Source: Pseudomonadota bacterium (GTDB lineage: Bacteria > Bdellovibrionota > Bdellovibrionia > Bdellovibrionales > Bdellovibrionaceae). Taken from it: 64,000 nt of DNA. The notes under the pieces were generated by a model. It worked only from the letters and a program-made list of their open reading frames with translations. It searched no databases and was not told the origin of the DNA. Below are positions 46,311 through 55,167 of the stretch, one piece after another; position 1 is the stretch's first letter; every line of letters starts with the position of its first letter. Location: assembly GCA_041178425.1 (NCBI GenBank), contig JBEGVH010000030.1, forward strand, positions 1-64,000, in the 5' to 3' direction. The translations under genes and the position numbers were made by a program.

Positions 46311-49300
46311 TTAGAGCCCACGACCACTAAAGTAATTAGAATTCTCCGATTCTATCGTCGAAGGTAAACTGGAAGCTCCTTTAGTGGAGTTATTAGTGGC
46401 ATCGATTATAACTCCGCGAATGGCTCCTGAAAATCCCTTGCCGATTGAAAAACTATCAATAGGAGTCATCGTCGTAGGTATTGGAATAGAACCACTCTTC
46501 ATCGACGTTTCGCTATCAACCTTTAACACCCATGTATGTTGGGTGTTGTACGCGTCAATATTTCTCTTGAGCGTCAGCGTCTTCCATGTCGGCGTCGATG
46601 GAGGATCAAACTCGCTACTGGCAATACCTCCCGGGCCAAGCAGAACAAGCTTGTTCGAATAAGTCTTCATCAAGCGCACAGACATTTTACCAATATCCTC
46701 AGGCAATGGCACTTTATCAGCGAGCTGGCCGTTGCCAAATTGCCCTTTTAGATTGCTACCCCAACATTTAACCTCTTTCATATTTGTGCCAGTTATTACG
46801 ATGTCAGATATCGCACAGGTGTGATTGGCCCCTGCTGTCAAGAAGGAGTAGGTATTTCCACTGTCAACATAGCGTGGAACAGATTCACCTGAATTATAGG
46901 TTAAGTCTCCGCGCTGGCCATTGGAGTTCCCTCCCCAACAAACGAGCTTATTATCACTGGCGATGGCACACGCATGATTGTCGCCCAAAGAAACCGTTTT
47001 AAAAGTGGTTGGTGTGCCACCCCCAGAGGACAATTGTGTCGGAGTCGTCTTATTTGTGGTGCCGCTTCCATCTCCTAATTTTCCTTGTTGGTTATTACCC
47101 CAACATTTGATGTTTCCAGGCGAAGGGACTGTTTGGCTTGGCATACCGATAATTCCACAGGTAAAATCGGGGCCTAGAGAAATTTGATAATAGGTCGTAC
47201 CAGTTTGAATTATGGTCGGTGAATTCTTTTGAACGGTCGTACCATCACCCAATTGCCCGTCGTTATTTTTGCCCCAGCATTTTAGCACGCCATTGGTTGT
47301 GATTCCACAAGTATGGGAGTCGCCAAGCGCTATTTTTGAATAAGAAGTTCCCGAATCAATAATGGTCGGTGAAGTCTTTTGAGCGGTCGTAGTATCACCC
47401 AATTGCCCCGAGCCATTATCTCCCCAGCATTTTAATACATTAGCGGTAGTAATCGCGCAGGTGTGCGATTGTCCAACGCTCACAGAAGTGTAAGAATCCG
47501 AACCAGTCACTTTCACCAACGAGGAGCCTCCGCTACCAGCGCTACCAGCGCTACCAGCGCTACCAGTGCCTAACTGACCATGACTGTTGAGGCCCCAGCA
47601 GTATAATTCACCTGATGGAGTGGAGCTAGTTATACCACACGAATGAGAGACCCCAGTGGCAATAAGGCTAAATGTTTTGGTATCGTCAAAAGATCGAGGA
47701 ATAGTCACCAGTTGGGTGGAAGAACCCGCTGGGTTAGAGCTTCCGAGTTGTAAACTGCTATTGTCGCCCCAACACCGACCATTACCTCCACTGGTAATTC
47801 CACAGGTGTAATCAGTTCCCGCACTCAAATAAGTGAAGGATTCAGGCGTTGCCGTTTTTAAACTCAACAATGTTGAATCTTGAATTCCATTTAATTTAAA
47901 TCTCAAAGACACGGCCAGCTCATCAATAGCCTTAATGGCCGTGCCCGTTGGGTTAGAAAACATTCCCCCCAATGGCATTCCTGTCATTGCAACACCATCC
48001 GCTTTGGGATCTGCGGTGGAAGTGAAAGCCGACAAAAAAGAAATCGGATTGAGGTAATACCCATCAGGGACCGTCGGCATGGGCCAAGTGGAATCGGCAG
48101 AGTAATTGGTTGCTGAACTCAAAAAGTCTGAGGTGGCTACTACTTTCAAAGTGGAGGGCCTATTTGGAACAAGGGCTGTCGCCGAGCTTATCGATAAATA
48201 GAATGAACTTTCGTTGCGCAACCGAAGAGCCTGCGCCTCAATGATCACCACTGTCGTAGTTGCTCCTGGTGAACCATTGTCCTTCATCATTAAATTTGCG
48301 GGGCTTAGTCCGTTCGTCATGGCGATTGAGCTTTGTGATGTTCCATTACATCCGTTGGTGAAACTATAGTTTATAGCACTTCCATCGTAATTTTTAGCAG
48401 TTAAAGTCACAGAATCATTAAAGCTTGTCATTACCGTGTTACTGTTATCTTTGGCTTTCAATTGCACTGGCACACATGCACCATAGACAACGGGCTGACC
48501 ATTATTAACAACGATCTCCAAAAAATTAGCGGCGGCGTGGGCATTAACAAAAAGTTTGACTGGCTCAATGCGAGAACTGTCAGGTGGAGTCAAGGTGATC
48601 ATACGATTGGAACTGATCGTTCCGGTCGATGTTGTTTTTATATATATTTTCTTCCTATAGGAATTTGCAGAAAATTCCACGCTACTCAACTTGTTGGGGC
48701 TTGAGCAGCTATCGTATAAACCAAAGCTAGCGTCACCAGAGGATAGCGACGTTTCCGGAAAATTCGCAATATCCGAAACGCTGAGGTTCAGAAAAATAGA
48801 GGTGTTGCCAATAGCACCAATTGTTCGCGTGCTCTTATTCATCGCAAAGATTTCAACTTCCTCACACTGGTTAGGACCCAACCAATAATCTTTTCGACCC
48901 AACGCTAAGTGATCGATAGTACCAGCAGAAGACGAAATGTTGACCTGCAAATTTTTAGAAATCGTGCCTCCAAAACTTGTACTGGATACACTGATTGTGC
49001 CACCCCCAGCATTTGTCGATCGCACCCATAATCGGGCCATCTTTGATCCCGAGGCAATCGATACCGTCAATGATGGCGTTCCTGTTCCTGGAGCAGCACA
49101 CTGCGATTCCTCACTGTAAAGCGAAAAAGGGGCCGTTGCGGACGCCACAGACGCAGCATTGTAGGTAATGGAACTAGCCGTCACGTTAAAGCTGCGTACA
49201 ACCGAATTTGAGATATTGTGATCAACAACCTCGCCTTCTTCGTTCACTAACCTGAGATCAATTGCCTGGCATTGGCTAGTGCCCATACTTCCGGGGAAAG

Positions 49301-50873
49301 TGGGATTAATAACAAAGTTATTAGCAACCTTAACGACCGGTGGAGTTACCGGCGTGCCTGGCGACACTGGTGCCGACCCGTCGCCTGACGAATCAAGTTG
49401 CGTCGCATACCCCGCTGGAAACGCTTCCCCTCCCCTTTGCGGACAAAAAACTAACATCGGAACTTGATCAATCGTGGGCACTGGAGGCGCAGGAATATCC
49501 TCTGAGTAGCCGAGTTTACCATTTGTCAGTCTAATCATCGAAAGGGGCTTGAACCCAAAACTTCCTTTGGCGATCTCACCGCACTTTGGTTTGCCATCAT
49601 CGTAGAAATCACTTCTATAAGATGAATCGATTTTATCCATCCGGTAGTAAACGCCAATGGTATCAAAAAGTGTCGGGATACCAGGCACCAAATTGAATGT
49701 TGCAGTGATCATAGTAGTTGTGTTTGGTTTGATTTGAACCGGCGAGCTGCCATAAGTCAGATCCGTCGGAAAACGAAAAACTCCCGACACACCTAAAATA
49801 GCATCTTCATCACCCCAGTAATCTAAAAGCTTCGGTCTGAACGGCAAAACCGTGTCATAGGCTTTTGACAAATCAGTGACTGCACATTGCACAACGCTCG
49901 AAGCTCGCTGGGCGGTCACAAGGCCCGTTGATGGCCCAACGCTGCCAGGCTTCCATTCGATTGGCGTCGCTTTGGAGGAGTCTGTGTATAAATTGCTATA
50001 AGTATTGGTATTAGAATTAGAATCAGTATCAGAAACAGAATTAAAACCAGTAAAACAAACCTTAAATTCATTGTTCACACCAGGACCAAATAAACCCAAA
50101 ACCGTAGAGTACGCCCCCTGAGAATCACCGCCGCCCCCACCGCTGTAAAACCTAGTTAAGGCAGGGATGTTGATCTTCATAATTTTATTGTCATTATAAC
50201 TAAAGGAATTGAGCGTGTAGTTGCTTAACAGTGTTTTTTCACTACCCGCCATCACGAGCTCAAAAGGCACCTCTTCCAGCGCAAGCTCCGAAAACCAACC
50301 GTTGACGATAGAGCCTCTCTTAATCACCACCGGATAGCTTGCTCCCTGTGGTTTAAAGCGAAGTTCTGTAATACCTGTGGGCCCGTAGCTCTCGCGCTCT
50401 AAATAACGGCCAGCAACCCGACCAGCATTGATATTACCGCTGCCCACCGAACGCATCGGTAACTCCACATTCACATCGCCGCCGTTGAGATCTTTTTTGA
50501 CTTCGCCGTAAAGAAACTCCCCCTCACTCGAATCAGGATCAATGTAAACCGCTAGAACCTGAATCACTCGCTCGGGCCCCGAAGGCACTTGCACGCTATA
50601 GTTGAGGGGTAACTCAGCCGGAGTGCTGCCATCTCCTTTATCCGCATCGTAAGATTGGGCAATGGGCACGGCGATTCCGCTTCCTCGAACGTTAATGAAC
50701 AAGTGCCCAAGCATACCCACCGTTGAAAGGCCATTGACGGCTTTGGTGGAGAACTCCATTTTTTGTGGCACCGAGATAGATAACTGAGAAACCTCTCGAT
50801 CAGGTCGAGAGCAAGCCACCAGAACCAGGAGAAGGAGTGCACCTAAGAATCTCTGAAAATTCAACGTCTTCAC
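46311..50873 (-). CDS. Large lipoprotein with seven RCC1-like repeats and a LamG-like C-terminal region
   Basis: GTG at 50873 after GAGG; lipobox LVAC; seven CWGxN..GQ(L)G / HTCGI repeats. Confidence 0.85.
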   Translation of the reverse strand: MKTLNFQRFLGALLLLVLVACSRPDREVSQLSISVPQKMEFSTKAVNGLSTVGMLGHLFINVRGSGIAVPIAQSYDADKGDGSTPAELPLNYSVQVPSGPERVIQVLAVYIDPDSSEGEFLYGEVKKDLNGGDVNVELPMRSVGSGNINAGRVAGRYLERESYGPTGITELRFKPQGASYPVVIKRGSIVNGWFSELALEEVPFELVMAGSEKTLLSNYTLNSFSYNDNKIMKINIPALTRFYSGGGGGDSQGAYSTVLGLFGPGVNNEFKVCFTGFNSVSDTDSNSNTNTYSNLYTDSSKATPIEWKPGSVGPSTGLVTAQRASSVVQCAVTDLSKAYDTVLPFRPKLLDYWGDEDAILGVSGVFRFPTDLTYGSSPVQIKPNTTTMITATFNLVPGIPTLFDTIGVYYRMDKIDSSYRSDFYDDGKPKCGEIAKGSFGFKPLSMIRLTNGKLGYSEDIPAPPVPTIDQVPMLVFCPQRGGEAFPAGYATQLDSSGDGSAPVSPGTPVTPPVVKVANNFVINPTFPGSMGTSQCQAIDLRLVNEEGEVVDHNISNSVVRSFNVTASSITYNAASVASATAPFSLYSEESQCAAPGTGTPSLTVSIASGSKMARLWVRSTNAGGGTISVSSTSFGGTISKNLQVNISSSAGTIDHLALGRKDYWLGPNQCEEVEIFAMNKSTRTIGAIGNTSIFLNLSVSDIANFPETSLSSGDASFGLYDSCSSPNKLSSVEFSANSYRKKIYIKTTSTGTISSNRMITLTPPDSSRIEPVKLFVNAHAAANFLEIVVNNGQPVVYGACVPVQLKAKDNSNTVMTSFNDSVTLTAKNYDGSAINYSFTNGCNGTSQSSIAMTNGLSPANLMMKDNGSPGATTTVVIIEAQALRLRNESSFYLSISSATALVPNRPSTLKVVATSDFLSSATNYSADSTWPMPTVPDGYYLNPISFLSAFTSTADPKADGVAMTGMPLGGMFSNPTGTAIKAIDELAVSLRFKLNGIQDSTLLSLKTATPESFTYLSAGTDYTCGITSGGNGRCWGDNSSLQLGSSNPAGSSTQLVTIPRSFDDTKTFSLIATGVSHSCGITSSTPSGELYCWGLNSHGQLGTGSAGSAGSAGSGGSSLVKVTGSDSYTSVSVGQSHTCAITTANVLKCWGDNGSGQLGDTTTAQKTSPTIIDSGTSYSKIALGDSHTCGITTNGVLKCWGKNNDGQLGDGTTVQKNSPTIIQTGTTYYQISLGPDFTCGIIGMPSQTVPSPGNIKCWGNNQQGKLGDGSGTTNKTTPTQLSSGGGTPTTFKTVSLGDNHACAIASDNKLVCWGGNSNGQRGDLTYNSGESVPRYVDSGNTYSFLTAGANHTCAISDIVITGTNMKEVKCWGSNLKGQFGNGQLADKVPLPEDIGKMSVRLMKTYSNKLVLLGPGGIASSEFDPPSTPTWKTLTLKRNIDAYNTQHTWVLKVDSETSMKSGSIPIPTTMTPIDSFSIGKGFSGAIRGVIIDATNNSTKGASSLPSTIESENSNYFSGRGL
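47212..47434. repeat. Duplicated RCC1 blade (two copies, 150-bp offset)
   Basis: 47212-47284 versus 47362-47434: 61 of 73 nt identical by manual count. Confidence 0.85.
47531..47566. repeat. Tandem repeat (CGCTACCAG)x4, encoding GSA repeats
   Basis: Four perfect 9-bp copies, in frame within the RCC1 gene. Confidence 0.95.
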
Positions 50874-50893
50874 AAAATACCTCGCCGAATTAC

Positions 50894-50920
50894 TTATCGG
50901 CCAATTAGCGCGGAAATAGA
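50894..50920 (-). promoter_or_regulatory. Sigma28-type promoter of the RCC1 lipoprotein gene
   Basis: Minus strand TCTATTTC-N11-GCCGATAA; perfect -10, 20 nt before the GTG. Confidence 0.55.
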
Positions 50921-51200
50921 GAGCCCTCATCAAACATTTAGTGTTCGTTACCGGCACTGTCGCATTTAAAGACGTTTCAAAACTTCAGATGAAGAGTTCA
51001 GAACTTTTTGTAGATACTGTGAACGAATATTTTGTAGAAAAGTGATTGCTCACTTTTAGATTTTTTATTTTGAATAATCAAAATGAGACAGTAAAAATTT
51101 TCCACGAGAATTTTTGTGCGAATTTTTTGTGATCCGGATTATTTGTGAGAAAAACAAAAATTATGTAACGCAAAAAAATTACTATTTAAATACCAAGACT

Positions 51201-51235
51201 AAAAAAAAAAGCGCCTCTTTTAAAGAGGCGCTTTT
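51201..51235 (-). terminator. Rho-independent terminator after pepA
   Basis: aaaagcgcctcttt-t-aaagaggcgctttt with an A10 run (T10 on the minus strand). Confidence 0.88.
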
Positions 51236-51265
51236 CATGTTTTTGAACTGTTCTTAGGATCGACC

Positions 51266-52777
51266 TTATTCGTACTGTTTTGCGAGTTCAACAAAGGTAC
51301 GAATCATCACACCACTAGCTCCTTTTTTAGGAGCGTAGTTAAGGCGATTGCCAACAGCCCAACCAGTGCCCGCGATATCGAAGTGAGCCCAAGGGATTCC
51401 TTTTTCAACAAATTGCTCTAAAAACGCAGCGGCGGTGGCACTACCAGCTCCTCGGCTAGCGGCCAAGTTAGAAAGGTCGGCAAAGGTACCTTTCATATCT
51501 TTGGTGTGAAAGTCACACAAAGGCATGTGCCAAACCCACTCACCAGTTGTTTTAGCAGCGTCTTCGATTTTGTTTTTTAGTTCGTTGTGCTTGGTGAAAT
51601 AACCCGTGTGCGTATTGCCAAGAGCAACAACCATCGCGCCCGTTAGTGTGGCCGCATCAACGATAGCTTGAGGCTTCAACTCAGAGGCAATGCAAAGTGC
51701 ATCTGAAAGAATCAAGCGACCTTCGGCATCGGTGTTATTCACTTCGAAAGTTTTTCCGTTACGAGCGCGAACAATATCACCAGGCTTAATGGCTTTGCCA
51801 TTTGACATGTTTTCGGTCGAAGGAACGAGCGCAACAACATTCACTTTTAATTTGAGTTTCGCGATGGCTAAGATGGTTCCGATCACATTGGCACCACCAC
51901 ACATATCGTACTTCATTTCTTCCATACCAGCTGATGGTTTAATGCTGATTCCGCCTGTATCAAAAGTGAGACCTTTACCCACAAAAACCACTGGCTTTTG
52001 GTTTGCCTTGCCGCCTTTGTATTCCATCATGATGAAGCGTGGGTCTTCATCGCTTCCTTGCGCTACACAAAGCAAACCACCCATACGCTCTTTTTTAATG
52101 CGCGCTTTATCCCAAACAGTGACTTTAATTTTCGTGTTCTTCGCCGCTTTTTTAGCTTCTTCTGCGAGGATTGTTGGCGTCATTAAATTGCCGGGCATAT
52201 CTCCCAAACGGCGTGAAAAACAAACGGCTTCAACCAAAACTTTCGCTGACTCCAGCGCCTCTTTGTGGGCTTTGCCAACAGAGCCTAGGGCAAGCAGCAC
52301 CTTGGTTTCTTTGGATTTATCTTTTTTTGCCGACATCAACTCGTCAAAACGATAAGCCGCAAGACCGATGCCCTCAGCAAGAGCTTGAACGTGATCATGA
52401 GTAATCGTTTCGGCAAGGCCTGCCAAATCAACAACGGCGCCATGAAGTTTATTGCTAGCTAGTGCAGCCTCGAGAGTTCCACCGCAGGTACGAAGAGCTT
52501 CGTGATCGTCTGATTGCATGGCGCCAACACCTAAAAACAAAACATGTTTAAAGCCACCGCAAGCATTGTTTCTGAGAAACACGCATTCACCAGCCGCTCC
52601 CGTTATTACTTTGTCGGCAATGGCTTCTGCGAAGCTTTGCTTTAATTCTTTGGGCAGTGTGCTGCAAACAGGCAGAGAATGAGAGTCTTTGCCCTCAGAC
52701 TTTGGTTGAGTTGTAAACAAAACTAGTGTAGAAGCGTCTGTGGAAGCCTTGAGGCCTTGTTGAAGTTCGATTTTCAT
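51266..52777 (-). CDS. pepA: Leucyl aminopeptidase (M17)
   Basis: VGKGLTFDTGGISIKP, MKYDMCG, NTDAEGRL, ATLTGA, WAHFDIAG. Confidence 0.96.
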   Translation of the reverse strand: MKIELQQGLKASTDASTLVLFTTQPKSEGKDSHSLPVCSTLPKELKQSFAEAIADKVITGAAGECVFLRNNACGGFKHVLFLGVGAMQSDDHEALRTCGGTLEAALASNKLHGAVVDLAGLAETITHDHVQALAEGIGLAAYRFDELMSAKKDKSKETKVLLALGSVGKAHKEALESAKVLVEAVCFSRRLGDMPGNLMTPTILAEEAKKAAKNTKIKVTVWDKARIKKERMGGLLCVAQGSDEDPRFIMMEYKGGKANQKPVVFVGKGLTFDTGGISIKPSAGMEEMKYDMCGGANVIGTILAIAKLKLKVNVVALVPSTENMSNGKAIKPGDIVRARNGKTFEVNNTDAEGRLILSDALCIASELKPQAIVDAATLTGAMVVALGNTHTGYFTKHNELKNKIEDAAKTTGEWVWHMPLCDFHTKDMKGTFADLSNLAASRGAGSATAAAFLEQFVEKGIPWAHFDIAGTGWAVGNRLNYAPKKGASGVMIRTFVELAKQYE

Positions 52778-53104
52778 ATTTGCTCCTTTGCTTTAATGCT
52801 GCGCCCCATGAGAGGCCAACTGAAAATTCTAGCGGTGAAACCTGTGTAGGGGAAATTAAGGCCGGAACCCCGAAAAAGGCAAGACCAAGGGCCAATTACC
52901 TTCAAAAAGGAACAAGGCAGCAAAAAACCGGCGCGCGCTCTCTTCGTTAGTCCTGTTTCAATGCGGGAGGGTTAGCTAAATTCCATTTGTTTTCTAAAGT
53001 CTTTGGGATAAAAACCGAAGAGTGATTGCGGCTTTACCTTTGAATTTTTGTATCCGACGGAAACTCTAGCAAAAGCCAAAATTGCAACTAACAAGGGAGC
53101 TTCA

Positions 53105-53716
53105 GTGGCACTCATTCCTTACGTCATCGAACAGACAGCTCGTGGTGAAAGAAGCTACGACATCTATTCACGCCTACTCAAGGATCGCATCATCATTCTC
53201 GGCAGTGCCGTAACCGATGATGTGGCGAATAGCATTATGGCGCAAATCCTCTTTCTCGAGGTGGATAACCCAGAGAAAGACATCCATCTTTACATTAACT
53301 CTCCCGGTGGTAGCGTCAGTGCGGGTCTGGGCATCTATGATCTTATGCAGTTCGTAAAGTGCGATGTGGCCACTTATTGTATTGGAATGGCCGCCAGCAT
53401 GGGCTCTCTCCTTTTAGCGGCAGGCACCCAAGGCAAGCGCTACATTATGCCAAATTCTCGAGTCATGATTCACCAGCCTCTCATTCAAGGGGGCCTCAGT
53501 GGTCAGGCGAGCGATATCGAGATTCAAGCCAGAGAAATGATTAGAACCAAAGAAAAACTCACTCGCATCTATGAAACTCATACCCAAAAGCCATTTGATG
53601 TTCTCACGAAGGCTATGGATCGCGATAATTTTATGACCGCTGAAGAAGCTAAAGAGTTTGGTCTTGTTGATCATGTTGTTGATTTTAGAAAAGCCACAAA
53701 GCGAGGTACCCCATGA
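53105..53716 (+). CDS. clpP: ATP-dependent Clp protease proteolytic subunit
   Basis: [36 protein letters not shown] at 53105 after GGGAG. Confidence 0.97.
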   Translation: MALIPYVIEQTARGERSYDIYSRLLKDRIIILGSAVTDDVANSIMAQILFLEVDNPEKDIHLYINSPGGSVSAGLGIYDLMQFVKCDVATYCIGMAASMGSLLLAAGTQGKRYIMPNSRVMIHQPLIQGGLSGQASDIEIQAREMIRTKEKLTRIYETHTQKPFDVLTKAMDRDNFMTAEEAKEFGLVDHVVDFRKATKRGTP

Positions 53717-54999
53717 AAGGTAACGAAACCTTCGGAACACTCCGCTGCAGTTTCTGCGGCAAGAGCCAACGCGAAGTAAAAAAGCTCATTGCTGGGCCTG
53801 GGGTGTACATTTGTGACGAATGTATTGACCTCTGTAACGACATCATCGTTGAGGAGAAAGACCGCGAAGACACAACAAAAGGCGGCCTTCGGGTTCCGCG
53901 CCCGTCTGAAATTAAGGGATACCTCGATGACTATGTGATTGGCCAAGATTATGCCAAAAAAGCTCTCGCCGTGGCGGTTCATAACCACTACAAGCGAATT
54001 AATAGTGCCGGAAAATCTAAAAAAGAAGATGTCGAACTTCAAAAGAGTAACATCCTTTTAATTGGTCCAACCGGCTCTGGAAAAACTCTCCTTGCGCAAA
54101 CGATTGCCAAAGTTCTCAACGTTCCCTTCGCAATGGCCGACGCCACGACATTGACTGAAGCTGGGTATGTGGGTGAAGACGTTGAAAACGTTGTGCTCAA
54201 CCTACTCCAAGCGGCTGACTATGATGTTGAAAAAGCTAAAAGAGGGGTGATTTACATCGATGAGATCGACAAAATCTCGCGAAAATCAGAAAACCCTTCA
54301 ATCACGCGCGACGTGAGCGGCGAAGGTGTTCAACAGGCTCTCTTGAAAATTCTCGAAGGAACGGTGGCGAATCTTCCGCCTAAAGGGGGCCGTAAGCACC
54401 CTCAACAAGAATTTATCCAAGTCGATACATCGAATATCTTGTTTATTTGCGGTGGGGCCTTTGTTGGTCTCGATAAGATTATCGATAACCGTATCTCAAA
54501 CAAAACCATGGGTATCGGTGCTGATATTCGTACACAATCCGAAAAAGATCATGCGAAAGAAAACATCCTGCGCAAGCTCGAGCCCGATGATTTAGCTAAG
54601 TTTGGATTGATTCCTGAGTTTATCGGACGTCTTCCAGTTCTTTCGGTGCTCGATCCTTTAGAGGAAGACGCACTGATCGACATTCTTTCTGGCCCAAAAA
54701 ATGCCATCACCAAACAATACCAACGCCTCTTTAGCTACGAAGGTGTTGATTTAAAGTTTACTGATGGTGCTTTGAGAGCTGTGGCTCAACAGGCCCTCAA
54801 AAGAAAAACTGGAGCTCGTGGACTCCGCGGCGTTCTTGAAACAGCGATGCTCGACATTATGTATGACATTCCTTCCAAGCCCAACGTCAAGGAGTGCGTC
54901 ATCGATGAGAATGTGATTAATTCAGGAGCAGCTCCTAAAATCACTTTCCGAAGTGCTGATGAAGAACCCAAAAAAGAGGAGTCTGAAAGCGCGTCTTAA
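53713..54999 (+). CDS. clpX: ATP-dependent Clp protease ATP-binding subunit
   Basis: CSFCGK zinc finger, [30 protein letters not shown]. Confidence 0.97.
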   Translation: MKGNETFGTLRCSFCGKSQREVKKLIAGPGVYICDECIDLCNDIIVEEKDREDTTKGGLRVPRPSEIKGYLDDYVIGQDYAKKALAVAVHNHYKRINSAGKSKKEDVELQKSNILLIGPTGSGKTLLAQTIAKVLNVPFAMADATTLTEAGYVGEDVENVVLNLLQAADYDVEKAKRGVIYIDEIDKISRKSENPSITRDVSGEGVQQALLKILEGTVANLPPKGGRKHPQQEFIQVDTSNILFICGGAFVGLDKIIDNRISNKTMGIGADIRTQSEKDHAKENILRKLEPDDLAKFGLIPEFIGRLPVLSVLDPLEEDALIDILSGPKNAITKQYQRLFSYEGVDLKFTDGALRAVAQQALKRKTGARGLRGVLETAMLDIMYDIPSKPNVKECVIDENVINSGAAPKITFRSADEEPKKEESESAS

Positions 55000-55167
55000 G
55001 GCCTATTTAGAGGCGGAGAATTGTGAAGTTACCTAATAACTCCGCCCTCAGCTCATAGTTAATTCGTTTATAAAGAGGAGCCAAAAAGTTTTTGTTACTT
55101 TTTGGCTCTTTTTCTTAGACAATGAGGAAGGAGAACTCATATTCCCCTCACGCGCTAAGGAGTTTTT

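Noticed and set aside
47212..47434. Possible diversity-generating retroelement template/variable repeat pair
   Set aside because: The mismatches are not adenine-specific, both copies are in-frame RCC1 blades, and no reverse transcriptase is present in the window.
50990..51200. Replication origin or CRISPR leader
   Set aside because: No clear DnaA boxes (TTATCCACA), no dnaA, and no repeat-spacer array or cas genes.
51690..52355. 221-aa plus-strand ORF, and similar antisense ORFs within pfkA, clpX and lon
   Set aside because: Shadow ORFs opposite highly conserved genes.
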